DNA of 38,292 bases from an uncultured Bacillales bacterium (GCA_946183335.1 CAMGZN010000001.1:1-38292), one strand, 5' to 3'. Positions 1 to 8,722 are shown, counted from the first letter of the stretch. A program made the numbers and translations. Notes: a model not told the origin generated them from the sequence alone.

Positions 1-1198
1 TAATAACAATGCCTCGTTTGGATGCTAATCCGATGCCAGCAAAGTAGGCTAAAGGAACCGAAATAACAATGGCGCAAGGACATGCAACAACAAGGATTGC
101 TAAGCCACGATAAATGCCTTCAGACCATTGTCCTGAAATAATACCTGTAAGTAGTGCAAACAAGATCCCAATGACAAAGACGGTTGGTGTATAAATACGT
201 GCAAACCTTGTAATGAATTTCTCAGCTTTAGCTTTGTGTTCTCCAGATGATTGAACCAGTTCAATAATCTTGGAAATTGTTGAATCAGCGAACACTTTAT
301 TAACACAAACAGTAATTGATCCACTTCTTAGAATAGAGCCACTCAAAACGTTGGATCCTTCCACGACATCAACCGGCATTGGCTCACCTGTTAACGAGGA
401 CATATCTAAGGTTCCTTGGCCATCAATAATTACACCATCCGCTGGAACGATTTCACCAACGTGAACAATGATATTATCATCGACTTTTAAAGTTTCCGGC
501 TTAACTTGGCTAACTTTACCATTCACAATCAAATTCGCGGTATCAGCACGCAAATCAATTGCATTTGAAATAGCATTTTTGGATTTGCCAGTCGCGATAT
601 GTTCAAAAAGCTCACCAACTTGATAGAGAGCAACAACCATGACCCCATCCATCATATCGATTGGGAATCCGGCTCCTTGTAAAACACCTAAATTAATTAG
701 AACAGAAAGGGCGAAAACACCTAAACACGAAATCGTTAACAAAAGATTCATATCAATTGGATTTCGTAAGTGAATAATGTTTTGAATGACCTTCCAGACT
801 ATGTCATAAACAACGATTCCAGCCGCAACTGCATGGAGTGCGAACGACACCCATGAAAATTCCTCTCCATAGATAATCATTGCGATGATAACAAGCACCG
901 CTGCCGCAACGATTCTTCCTAAAGTTATCCAGAATTTGCGGTTAAAAATGGAATATTTTTGTTTTGAGCCTTTATTAATTCTTTCAATTCTTAAAGGATC
1001 ATCTTCAATCTTTTTGATCTCGTTTTTTAAGTCTTCAACAGGCATCTCATCTTCGCGATAAACGATATACATACGTTCATTTGCAAAGTCGATTGTTGCT
1101 TGTTGAACAAACTCTTGTTTATTTAAATATCTTTCTACTTTAGAGGCACAGTTAGGACAATCAAATCCTGAACAATGATAAACAACTTTTTTACTCAT
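1..1198 (-). CDS. Heavy-metal (Cd/Zn/Co-type) translocating P1B-type ATPase, N-terminal ~399 codons; the 3' end lies beyond the left window edge
   Basis: Absent from the ORF track because it runs off the edge. My minus-strand translation from ATG 1198 gives MSKKVVYHCSGFDCPNCASKVERYL (HMA-like CxxC metal-binding domain), DMSSLTGEPMPV (actuator TGE motif) and LVVACPCAIVISVP (CPC transport motif). The start is 1 nt after the stop of the upstream ArsR-family gene. Confidence 0.9.
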   Translation of the reverse strand, partial: MSKKVVYHCSGFDCPNCASKVERYLNKQEFVQQATIDFANERMYIVYREDEMPVEDLKNEIKKIEDDPLRIERINKGSKQKYSIFNRKFWITLGRIVAAAVLVIIAMIIYGEEFSWVSFALHAVAAGIVVYDIVWKVIQNIIHLRNPIDMNLLLTISCLGVFALSVLINLGVLQGAGFPIDMMDGVMVVALYQVGELFEHIATGKSKNAISNAIDLRADTANLIVNGKVSQVKPETLKVDDNIIVHVGEIVPADGVIIDGQGTLDMSSLTGEPMPVDVVEGSNVLSGSILRSGSITVCVNKVFADSTISKIIELVQSSGEHKAKAEKFITRFARIYTPTVFVIGILFALLTGIISGQWSEGIYRGLAILVVACPCAIVISVPLAYFAGIGLASKRGIVI

Positions 1199-1199
1199 T

Positions 1200-1547
1200 T
1201 TATAATTCCTCCACATGTTCCACTGCCACATTTAAAAGTTGTTTAACGTGGCAATCAGACAAAGAATAGTAAACCTTTTGTCCTTCTTTACGAGTACGAA
1301 CAAGATTAGCTCGTCTTAAAACAATTAATTGATGTGAGACTAGTGATTGAGATTCACTAACTTCATTTACAATGTCACCAACGCATTTCTCAATCATACA
1401 TGAATGACAAGTACATTCAGAACAATTCTGCTTTCCGCACTCGCACATGCATTTTTCATCATTAAGTAAAGATAAAAGAATTTTTAACCGAGTTGGATCA
1501 GACATAATCTTGAAGATTTTTGATACATCGTTAACTTTGTTAGACAT
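1200..1547 (-). CDS. ArsR/SmtB-family metal-sensing transcriptional repressor with a Cys-rich insertion
   Basis: PTRLKILLSLL ... SQSLVSHQLIVLRRANLVRTRKEGQKVYYSL is the ArsR winged HTH. I moved the start to ATG 1547 (GGAGG 13 nt upstream), because the ORF-track start at 1592 falls inside the predicted promoter spacer. It is co-oriented with and adjacent to the P1B ATPase. Confidence 0.85.
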   Translation of the reverse strand: MSNKVNDVSKIFKIMSDPTRLKILLSLLNDEKCMCECGKQNCSECTCHSCMIEKCVGDIVNEVSESQSLVSHQLIVLRRANLVRTRKEGQKVYYSLSDCHVKQLLNVAVEHVEEL

Positions 1548-1571
1548 AACCGGATTAATTCCTCCGTGTAT

Positions 1572-1600
1572 ATTATATGAATGTCCGTTCATATATTCAA
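1572..1600 (-). promoter_or_regulatory. Sigma-A-type promoter with an embedded palindromic ArsR-type operator
   Basis: The minus strand reads TTGAAT-17 nt-TATAAT (-35 at 1595-1600, -10 at 1572-1577). The spacer carries TATATGAA-N6-TTCATATA (1574-1595), a TGAA/TTCA-type inverted repeat as used by ArsR/SmtB repressors. Confidence 0.7.
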
Positions 1601-1601
1601 G

Positions 1602-1629
1602 TAAAATAAAAGGATTCCGTTAAGAATCC
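1602..1629 (-). terminator. Rho-independent terminator downstream of nusG
   Basis: The minus strand reads GGATTC-ttaacg-GAATCC followed by TTTTATTTT. Confidence 0.65.
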
Positions 1630-1646
1630 AATTATTTAAGAATTTC

Positions 1647-2198
1647 TTAGATCTTATCGATTTCAGAGAAATCGACATCAACTGGAGTAGCACGTCCGAA
1701 GAAGATTGTTTCGATACGGCAAGCACCTGTTGTTTTATCAATAGAGAGAATCTTACCTTCGGTACCTTCAAGTGGTCCACGAATAACTTTAACATTGTCA
1801 CCAACGTTATAACGATCATACATGGAGCTATCGACCATACCCATTCTTTTAAGAACTGGTTCGATTTCTTCACGGCTAACTGGAGTTGGTTTTTGACCAC
1901 CACCAGCAGATCCAGCAATACCTGTAACACCCGGTGTGTTACGAACAACATACCAAGAGTTGTCAGTCATAATCATTTCCACAAAGATGTTTCCTGGAAA
2001 AAGATTTTTCATTTTTGTTTTGCCAGTTGGCATTCCATCCTTAAGGACAGGAACTTCTTGTTCAGCAACCAAGACATTAAAAATGTAGTCTTGGAGATTC
2101 ATTGTTTGAATACGTTTTCTTAAGTTATCAGCAACTTTGTTTTCGTGTTGGGAATAAGTTGTGACAATGTACCAACGCTTTTCACCTAATTGAGCCAT
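1647..2198 (-). CDS. nusG: Transcription termination/antitermination factor NusG
   Basis: RWYIVTTYSQHENKV NGN domain and a C-terminal KOW (GDNVKVIRGPLEGTEGKILSID). AGGAG lies 9 nt upstream. Sits in the conserved secE-nusG position. Confidence 0.95.
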   Translation of the reverse strand: MAQLGEKRWYIVTTYSQHENKVADNLRKRIQTMNLQDYIFNVLVAEQEVPVLKDGMPTGKTKMKNLFPGNIFVEMIMTDNSWYVVRNTPGVTGIAGSAGGGQKPTPVSREEIEPVLKRMGMVDSSMYDRYNVGDNVKVIRGPLEGTEGKILSIDKTTGACRIETIFFGRATPVDVDFSEIDKI

Positions 2199-2212
2199 CG
2201 TAATAGTCTCCT

Positions 2213-2446
2213 TTATTTAATCAAGCGGATGGCGCCTTCAGCAGCATCTTTAGCACCACCACCAAAAATTTCTTTCAGTTCACCAATTAATGAACCCGAG
2301 GCTAAGTCTTCAATTGATAAAATCAATGCGCAGAAAACACAAATCACAATTGTGGTGATTAATGCTGGCATGAAGACGTCTTTCTTTGGCCAACGAACAC
2401 GTTTGCCTTCTTTAATGACTTCTTGAGTATATTTTTTGACACCCAT
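2213..2446 (-). CDS. secE: Preprotein translocase subunit SecE
   Basis: Small protein with KEGKRVRWPKKDV followed by one TM helix. AGGAGG RBS. Lies between rpmG and nusG. Confidence 0.85.
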   Translation of the reverse strand: MGVKKYTQEVIKEGKRVRWPKKDVFMPALITTIVICVFCALILSIEDLASGSLIGELKEIFGGGAKDAAEGAIRLIK

Positions 2447-2456
2447 ATAAGCCTCC

Positions 2457-2603
2457 TTACTTACTTTCCTTATGTAACGTCATCTTGTTACATGTTGGAC
2501 AGTACTTCTTGATTTCAAGACGTTTTGTTTCGCCTTCTTTCTTTGTTGTCGTGTAATTTCTCGACAGACATTCGGGGCAAATTAAAATAACTTTCTTTCT
2601 CAT
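2457..2603 (-). CDS. rpmG: 50S ribosomal protein L33
   Basis: Not in the ORF track (48 aa). My translation is [48 protein letters not shown], with CxxC...CxxC and the typical L33 length and position upstream of secE. Confidence 0.9.
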   Translation of the reverse strand: MRKKVILICPECLSRNYTTTKKEGETKRLEIKKYCPTCNKMTLHKESK

Positions 2604-2635
2604 AAAACGTTATCCTATTAACATCTTGCTGGACT

Positions 2636-2665
2636 ATTTTACTCTTTCACGAATTAAAAAGTCAA
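2636..2665 (-). promoter_or_regulatory. Candidate promoter for rpmG-secE-nusG
   Basis: The minus strand reads TTGACT-18 nt-TAAAAT (-35 at 2660-2665, -10 at 2636-2641), about 33 nt upstream of the rpmG ATG. Confidence 0.5.
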
Positions 2666-2675
2666 TAATGACTTA

Positions 2676-2792
2676 TTATTCGTCACTTTCTACTGGAGTG
2701 AGCATTTCGAATGGAGCGCCACAAACTGGGCAAACCTCTCCTTCTTCCACCTCAACTTCTTGACCGCAAATTTGACAAACATACTTTTTCAT
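2676..2792 (-). CDS. 38-aa rubredoxin-knuckle/zinc-ribbon protein (hypothetical)
   Basis: Not in the ORF track. My translation is MKKYVCQICGQEVEVEEGEVCPVCGAPFEMLTPVESDE, with CxxCG...CPxCG knuckles. AAGGAG RBS (aaaggagaccaactATG). Lies immediately downstream of the Mrp gene. Confidence 0.55.
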   Translation of the reverse strand: MKKYVCQICGQEVEVEEGEVCPVCGAPFEMLTPVESDE

Positions 2793-2804
2793 AGTTGGTC
2801 TCCT

Positions 2805-3632
2805 TTATTTTTTATATTCTTCAACACGATGAACTAGTTCATCGAGAACGTCTGTTTCGTACTCCTCAATTTCGCCTTTATCAACCTTGGATGAGAGTTC
2901 AGGATCAATTGGAATCTCAGCTAAAACTTCCAAACCGTGACGTTTAACTTCTTCTTCATATTTCCCGTTTCCGAAAACACGAATCTTTTCATCACATTTC
3001 GGACATTTCACATAAGCCATATTCATTGCTACGCCTAAAATATCGACGTACATCATCTTCGCCATATTGATAGATTTCGCCACCACCATACTAACAAGTT
3101 CTTGTGGGCTAGAAACGATGATAATTCCATCAATTGGATAGCTTTGGAAAACAGTTAATGGAACATCGCCTGTTCCAGGTGGCATGTCGATTAATAAGTA
3201 ATCAACATCTCCATAAATTACATCTGTATAAAGTTGTTGAACAAAACCAGCGATAAGTGGTCCTCTCCAACAAATTGGGTCCTCAGCATTTTCAAGTAAG
3301 GCATTAGCAGACATGATTTTCACACCATGTTTTGAGATTAATGGATAGAGTCCAGATTCGTCTTGAGGGGCAAGTTTTCCCTTCAGGCCAAACGCCTGTG
3401 GAATGCTTGGGCCCGTGACATCTGCGTCAATAATCGCAACTTTGTGTCCACGTCTATTTAATGCGCTTGCTAAAAGAGAAGTGACAAGGCTTTTTCCAAC
3501 GCCACCTTTTCCAGAAATCACCGCAAAAGTCTTACGAAATGACGAAAACTCGTGTGGTCTTAGTTTTTCAATTTTGCGTTCCTCACAGTTATTAACTGAG
3601 CAACTTGAGCAATCGTGATTGCAATCCGCCAT
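2805..3632 (-). CDS. Mrp/ApbC/NBP35-family Fe-S cluster carrier ATPase
   Basis: Deviant Walker A (ISGKGGVGKS), an N-terminal Cys cluster (CNHDCSSCSVNNC), an internal CPKC, and GGAGG 10 nt upstream. Confidence 0.85.
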   Translation of the reverse strand: MADCNHDCSSCSVNNCEERKIEKLRPHEFSSFRKTFAVISGKGGVGKSLVTSLLASALNRRGHKVAIIDADVTGPSIPQAFGLKGKLAPQDESGLYPLISKHGVKIMSANALLENAEDPICWRGPLIAGFVQQLYTDVIYGDVDYLLIDMPPGTGDVPLTVFQSYPIDGIIIVSSPQELVSMVVAKSINMAKMMYVDILGVAMNMAYVKCPKCDEKIRVFGNGKYEEEVKRHGLEVLAEIPIDPELSSKVDKGEIEEYETDVLDELVHRVEEYKK

Positions 3633-3694
3633 ATGAGATAAACCTCCGATTTAGGTGCTTATATTATCTCATACTTAATAAAATTAAAAAACAA

Positions 3695-4282
3695 CTAATC
3701 CAGTTTGTTTAAACTTGATAGCAGTTTTTTATTTTTGCGTTGGGAGAGAATTCTCCTTCTTACGGTAGAAAGAGATACATTAAGAAGAGCCGCTATCTCT
3801 CTTAATGAGTAACCCATTCCACGATAGTAAAGGATTGTTTTATCAAGTGGGGTGAGTTCATAGATCGTACTTTCTGGTGAAGAGATAACGCCATCAAACT
3901 CAACTAATTTCTGGTCGTCATGTCCAATCACCTCGTGAATGGAAACTCCATTTTCAAGAACTTGATCCAAACTATTCGAAAAATAAAGCGGGTCTCGTGT
4001 TCCGATAACCCGCCTTACTGCATCGATTGTTCGTGTTTTCGCTATTCGATGCAAATAGTACTTAAATGAACCCCTGTTTGAATCAAATGTTTTGATCGCA
4101 TAAGTGAAGATCTCATTGTATAAATCCTCACAATCATCCCATGATACATTTTGAATCCCATATCCATCGAACAGGTACATCATGAATTTAATTGTTTCTT
4201 CCATATATAAGAAGAAGTATTTTTGCGTCATCTCAAGTTGACGCTGTGAAAAAAGGCCACTACTGCCTTTTCTTATTGACAT
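3695..4282 (-). CDS. Sigma-70-family sigma factor, SigH-like by position
   Basis: Region-4 HTH (YSLREIAALLNVSLSTVRRRI) and a region-2-like FKYYLHRIAKTRTIDAVRR. It occupies the slot sigH holds in the Bacillus cysS-...-sigH-rpmG-secE-nusG cluster. The sequence is divergent. Confidence 0.65.
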   Translation of the reverse strand: MSIRKGSSGLFSQRQLEMTQKYFFLYMEETIKFMMYLFDGYGIQNVSWDDCEDLYNEIFTYAIKTFDSNRGSFKYYLHRIAKTRTIDAVRRVIGTRDPLYFSNSLDQVLENGVSIHEVIGHDDQKLVEFDGVISSPESTIYELTPLDKTILYYRGMGYSLREIAALLNVSLSTVRRRILSQRKNKKLLSSLNKLD

Positions 4283-4295
4283 ATAACTGTCCTCC

Positions 4296-5042
4296 TTATT
4301 TACTGGAGGATCTAATATTACTTAGTAATATACCTGTCGCCACGGAAACGTTGAGCGAATTTACGTGACCAAGCATTGGGATTTTAACGACGAAATCCGA
4401 GTTCTCTAAAACAAGTCTGGAAATACCGTTTCCTTCGGAACCAACAATTAAAGCCGTTGGTCCATCGTACTTAACTTTGTCATAGTCAAGCTTAGCTGAT
4501 CCGTCGGAGGCATAAATCCAAAATCCATTGGACTTAAGCACCCGGATCGCATTGGAAACGTTACTTACCTGGCAAATCTTTACATGGTCGATAGCACCAG
4601 TCGAAACCTTAACAACCGTCATGTTGATTTGCACTTGATTACGATTTTTTAAGATAATTCCATCCACACCAAAAGCATCACACGAACGTATGATTGCCCC
4701 CAGATTGTGTGGATCTTCAATTTCATCAAGGATTAGAATGAGCGGTTGCTTCTTTCCTTGGCATCCATTGATAATTTCATCTAAGGTAGCGTACTGATAA
4801 TCTTGCACTAGAGCTATAACACCCTGATGATTGCCATTCCTTGATAAACTGGCTAGGACAGATTGCTCAACAAACTCGATTGGCAAATTATTGTCGCGAG
4901 CAAGCTTCAGGAGTGACTCGTCTTGGAAGCCTTTTTGCACAAGAAGCTTATTGGCTTTCTTGGCTTCAATGCTACTTCTGACAGGGATCCTCCCGTAAAT
5001 CAAGTTTGCGTTACTTTTTGGCGACGCTGTCCCATATTTCAT
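4296..5042 (-). CDS. rlmB: SpoU/TrmH-family 23S rRNA 2'-O-methyltransferase (RlmB/YacO-like)
   Basis: SpoU motifs LILDEIEDPHNLGAIIRS, LIVGSEGNGIS and IPMLGHVNSLNVSVATGILL. Lies downstream of cysS, as in Bacillus. Confidence 0.85.
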   Translation of the reverse strand: MKYGTASPKSNANLIYGRIPVRSSIEAKKANKLLVQKGFQDESLLKLARDNNLPIEFVEQSVLASLSRNGNHQGVIALVQDYQYATLDEIINGCQGKKQPLILILDEIEDPHNLGAIIRSCDAFGVDGIILKNRNQVQINMTVVKVSTGAIDHVKICQVSNVSNAIRVLKSNGFWIYASDGSAKLDYDKVKYDGPTALIVGSEGNGISRLVLENSDFVVKIPMLGHVNSLNVSVATGILLSNIRSSSK

Positions 5043-5045
5043 TGT

Positions 5046-6389
5046 TTATAAAATTCCCTTCTCGATTAAAGTCTTTCGAAGGGCATCAGATTCTTCGAAT
5101 TTTTTCTCAGTTTTGAGCGCTAAATATTTGGCATAAATTTCTTTATCTTCAGCACTTAAAACTGGGTATTTAATATCTAAACCAAATACATCCAAAATGT
5201 CGCGAATATTTGCGAAAATTACCAGCAATTTTTGGATATCTTTTGGATTTTTACGTAATTCAATATTTGCGTTTTTGAGTTCTTCATATAAACAAGTAAA
5301 CCCATTAGAAGTATTGAAATCTTCACTCAGTGCAGAAAGGAATTTTTCAATGTTTCCTTTGGCCTTACTGAGGTCTTCTCCTGCGAGCTGAAGAGCGACA
5401 GCAACTTGCTTATAAGTTTGGCTAATTTTTAAGAGTTCATTTTTCGCTGATGCAACAGTTTCTTCAGTGAATTGAACTGGAGCACGGTAATGAGCGGAAA
5501 GAATTAATAAACGAAGAAGATTTGGCCCAAATTCTTTTAAAGCGTCTTTTGCTAAAACAACATTGCCTAAAGATTTGGACATCTTTTCGTTTCCAAAATT
5601 AACAAAGCCGTTGTGCATCCAAACATTGGCGATTCGATGACCATCATGTGCCTTTGCTTGAGCAATTTCGTTTTCATGATGCGGGAACTTAAGATCAAAT
5701 CCACCGCCATGAACATCAATCATTCCACCAAAGATGGAATTAATCATGACGCAGCATTCAGTATGCCATCCCGGACGACCTTTTCCCCAAGGAGAATCCC
5801 ATTGAATACCAACGTTCGTTTTCTTCCATAAGACAAAGTCTAATGGAGATTCTTTCTTACTGTTTTCCTCGATACGAGCACCAACAACTAAATCGTCAAC
5901 ATTGATGTTTTGAAGTTCTCCATAGTTCTCAATAGAACTAATACGGAAGAAAACATCTCCGTCAACTTCATAAGCGGCACCTTTTTTAACAAGCTCATCA
6001 ATATAATTGATAATTTGAGACATGTACTCGGTTACCTTTGGATTTTGATAATGAGGTTTAACATTAAGTTGTTTTAAAACATCTTTATAAGCAGCGATAT
6101 AACGCTCAGAAATAACTTTTTCTGGAACACCTTCTTGTTGAGCTTTATTGATGATTTTATCATCAACATCAGTAAAGTTTGATACGAGTTTTACATCATA
6201 ACCGACCTTTTCAAGGAAACGCCTAAAAGTATCGAAAACAATCACGGGGCGAATGTTTCCAACGTGAGCATCTCCATAAACAGTTGGTCCACAACAATAC
6301 ATTGAAATTTCGCCCGCTTTAATTGGGCGTAAAATTTCTTCGCTATTTGTTAAAGAATTAAAAACTTTGATTTCCATAATTGTATTCAT
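5046..6389 (-). CDS. cysS: Cysteine--tRNA ligase
   Basis: HIGH-type HVGN and KMSKS motifs, CGPTVY, and the WHTEC Zn site. An alternative start at ATG 6377 (MEIKVFNSLT) is possible. Neither start has a strong SD. Confidence 0.93.
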   Translation of the reverse strand: MNTIMEIKVFNSLTNSEEILRPIKAGEISMYCCGPTVYGDAHVGNIRPVIVFDTFRRFLEKVGYDVKLVSNFTDVDDKIINKAQQEGVPEKVISERYIAAYKDVLKQLNVKPHYQNPKVTEYMSQIINYIDELVKKGAAYEVDGDVFFRISSIENYGELQNINVDDLVVGARIEENSKKESPLDFVLWKKTNVGIQWDSPWGKGRPGWHTECCVMINSIFGGMIDVHGGGFDLKFPHHENEIAQAKAHDGHRIANVWMHNGFVNFGNEKMSKSLGNVVLAKDALKEFGPNLLRLLILSAHYRAPVQFTEETVASAKNELLKISQTYKQVAVALQLAGEDLSKAKGNIEKFLSALSEDFNTSNGFTCLYEELKNANIELRKNPKDIQKLLVIFANIRDILDVFGLDIKYPVLSAEDKEIYAKYLALKTEKKFEESDALRKTLIEKGIL

Positions 6390-6406
6390 TGTAGCATAAA
6401 TCCGAA

Positions 6407-7618
6407 CTATTCAGATTTATGAGTTTTTAAATATTGTTCCGCCATACCACCGACGGATGTTTCACGATAGTTCTTAGACATATCAAGTCCTGTACGAAGC
6501 ATTGTTTCTACAATGCTATCGAATGATACTTCGTGAGTATCGCTAGCATATTCAGCTAAACGACAAGAGGTAATCGCTCTTTGTGCCGCAACCGCATTTC
6601 TTTCGATACATGGGATTTGAACGTAGCCTAAAACTGGGTCGCAGGTGGAACCTAAGGAGTGTTCCATCGCAACTTCGGCGGCGCATTCAATTGTTTCTAA
6701 ATCAAGGCCTTTGAGATAAGCGAAAGCAGCAGCTGTCATTGAGCATGCTGAACCAATCTCGGCTTGACATCCAGCAACAGCACCAGAAATGGATCCGTTT
6801 TGCTTAATGACGTTGCCAATAACACCAGCAACTGCTAAAGCGTTAACCATTTTTTCGACTGAATTATGGTAATTATCGTAGCAATAACGCATTACTGCTG
6901 GAAGTGTGCCAGCTGCACCACAAGTTGGAGCAGTCACAACGAGATTGCCACTAGCGTTTTCTTCGCCAGTTGCAAAAGCATAAGCAATGATTAGGCGATA
7001 TGAACGAGCAATGCTTGTTTCACTTTCCGCTTTCGGCGTCAAAAACGAACGAGCGCGACGTTTGACGTGGAGTGGTCCAGGAAGTTCTCCTTCTTTACGT
7101 AAACCAGCATCAATTGTATCCATCATTTGGTTGAAAACTTTTTCTAAATATTTAAAGATTTCTTCACCTTCATAATGACGAACATAATCGACTAAATCCC
7201 ACCCATTTTCACCGCAAATCTTGGATATTTCAGCAAAATCCTTCTCTGGATAAACCTCTTCTTCATACTCTTCGACTTCACCTTCAATTTGGATTGCTCC
7301 ACCACCGGTTGAGATGACTTTTTTCTCGAGTGAACGACCATCACCAAAATGAAGAACAAACTTCATTGTGTTTGGATGTTCAACTGGCGTTTTAATATCG
7401 AAGTGAATTGCACAATCAACAGGTGCCAATGTTTGTTGAATTGTTTTATCAGTTAAGTGGCCACGGCCAGTTAACGCAAAAGAGCCATAAAGATAGACAT
7501 CATAACTCACAACATCAGGATAATTTTTACGAAAATACTTCGCTGCACGGTAAGGCGCAATCGAGTGTGATGAGCTTGGTCCATAACCAATACGATATAA
7601 ATATCTCAGAGATTTCAT
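6407..7618 (-). CDS. sdaA: L-serine ammonia-lyase (Fe-S dependent, single-chain form)
   Basis: The N-terminal YRIGYGPSSSHS matches the E. coli SdaA-type N-terminus (GIGPSSSHT). The C-terminal domain carries conserved Cys (TAPTCGAAG, GCQAEIG). Confidence 0.85.
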   Translation of the reverse strand: MKSLRYLYRIGYGPSSSHSIAPYRAAKYFRKNYPDVVSYDVYLYGSFALTGRGHLTDKTIQQTLAPVDCAIHFDIKTPVEHPNTMKFVLHFGDGRSLEKKVISTGGGAIQIEGEVEEYEEEVYPEKDFAEISKICGENGWDLVDYVRHYEGEEIFKYLEKVFNQMMDTIDAGLRKEGELPGPLHVKRRARSFLTPKAESETSIARSYRLIIAYAFATGEENASGNLVVTAPTCGAAGTLPAVMRYCYDNYHNSVEKMVNALAVAGVIGNVIKQNGSISGAVAGCQAEIGSACSMTAAAFAYLKGLDLETIECAAEVAMEHSLGSTCDPVLGYVQIPCIERNAVAAQRAITSCRLAEYASDTHEVSFDSIVETMLRTGLDMSKNYRETSVGGMAEQYLKTHKSE

Positions 7619-7627
7619 AGCGAGAGC

Positions 7628-7636
7628 ATTATAACA
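7628..7636 (-). promoter_or_regulatory. Extended -10 element (TGTTATAAT) 9 nt upstream of the sdaA ATG
   Basis: The minus strand reads TGTTATAAT-gctctcgct-ATG. There is no Shine-Dalgarno, so the geometry implies a near-leaderless transcript. Confidence 0.5.
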
Positions 7637-7639
7637 TTT

Positions 7640-7678
7640 ATTTTTAAAAATAAAAGCGAGTTCGATGGAGAACTCGCT
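7640..7678 (-). terminator. Rho-independent terminator ending the long catabolic operon
   Basis: The minus strand reads AGCGAGTT-ctccatcg-AACTCGCT followed by TTTTATTTTT, 22 nt after the ygeW-like stop. Confidence 0.75.
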
Positions 7679-7700
7679 AGTATTTATGTTTTGGAGCTAA

Positions 7701-8711
7701 TTAACGGCGATCGCTTGGGAGCTTATCGTGAACAAATAATGCCATAACTGCTTTAGCAGTGTGGATTCTGTTCTCGGCTTCTTGATAAACCACCGATTGT
7801 GGTCCGTCGATAACCTCATCAACAACTTCGTTAACACGGTCGGCTGGAAGGGCGTGCATGTAACGGCATGTTGGTTTGGCTAAAGCCATTTTTTCTGGTG
7901 TACACTTCCATGCTTTCAGAGCAAGTAAGGCATCATCGACAACTGTGGTTGATTGGTTGGTGACCCAAGAACCCCAGTTCTTTGGGAAGACGACATCAGC
8001 ATCTTTATAAGCGGCATCCATGTCGTGAGTAATGGTTAATGAACCACCATTTTCAGCGGCATTTTTGCGGGCTTTTTCGATAACCCAGTCTGGTAAATCG
8101 TAACCTTCTGGATAAGCTAAGGTAACATCAATACCATAGCGTGGGAATAAGAGAACTTGAGAAACTGGAACTGAAATTGGTTTCTTGTGAGTTGTGGCCA
8201 TCGCCCAAATAACAGAAACTTTTAAGTTCTTGGTTTTTCCAAATTCATCTTCAATTGTCATTAAGTCCGCTAGAGCTTGCATTGGGTGATATAAATCACA
8301 TTGTAAGTTAATGATTGGGACTGTGGACCATTTAGCCATTTCGCGGATGTATTTGTTTCCTAAGCCCCAGTTACAATAACGGCAAGCGATCATGTGACCA
8401 AAGCTTGAAAGAATAACCGCGGTATCCTTGGCAGATTCACCATGAGCAATTTGCATCATGGATGTATCAAGGAATGTGGCGTGTCCGCCAAGTTGAGCCA
8501 TACCACTTTCGAAAGAGTTACGAGTTCTTGTTGATTGTTCAAAGAACATTAAGAAACCTGTTTTTCCTTCTAACCATGGGGTCTTTTCATTGGCGTAGAA
8601 TGCATCTTTAAAGTCATGAGAGACTTTGAGCATGTAGTCGATTTCTTCTTTAGTAAAATCTTCTAAAGTAATGAGATGTCGACCGGCAAATCTTGGTGCA
8701 ATTTTTTCCAT
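7701..8711 (-). CDS. ygeW: YgeW-type carbamoyltransferase (ATCase/OTCase superfamily)
   Basis: STRTR, QIAHGES, NLQCDLYHPMQALADL, DVTLAYPEGYDL, KDADVVFPKNW and YMHALPAD. These are the blocks I recall from E. coli YgeW, not from canonical OTC. AGGAG RBS. Confidence 0.85.
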   Translation of the reverse strand: MEKIAPRFAGRHLITLEDFTKEEIDYMLKVSHDFKDAFYANEKTPWLEGKTGFLMFFEQSTRTRNSFESGMAQLGGHATFLDTSMMQIAHGESAKDTAVILSSFGHMIACRYCNWGLGNKYIREMAKWSTVPIINLQCDLYHPMQALADLMTIEDEFGKTKNLKVSVIWAMATTHKKPISVPVSQVLLFPRYGIDVTLAYPEGYDLPDWVIEKARKNAAENGGSLTITHDMDAAYKDADVVFPKNWGSWVTNQSTTVVDDALLALKAWKCTPEKMALAKPTCRYMHALPADRVNEVVDEVIDGPQSVVYQEAENRIHTAKAVMALFVHDKLPSDRR

Positions 8712-8722
8712 TTTAAATCTCC

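Noticed and set aside
6390-6406. T-box leader upstream of cysS, purine riboswitch upstream of the purine operon or carbamate kinase, and other riboswitches in the 5' regions.
   Set aside because: cysS is only 17 nt from the upstream gene. The 23779-23925 and 29715-29820 regions are too short or AT-rich, and I found none of the conserved purine-riboswitch or T-box sequence blocks in them.
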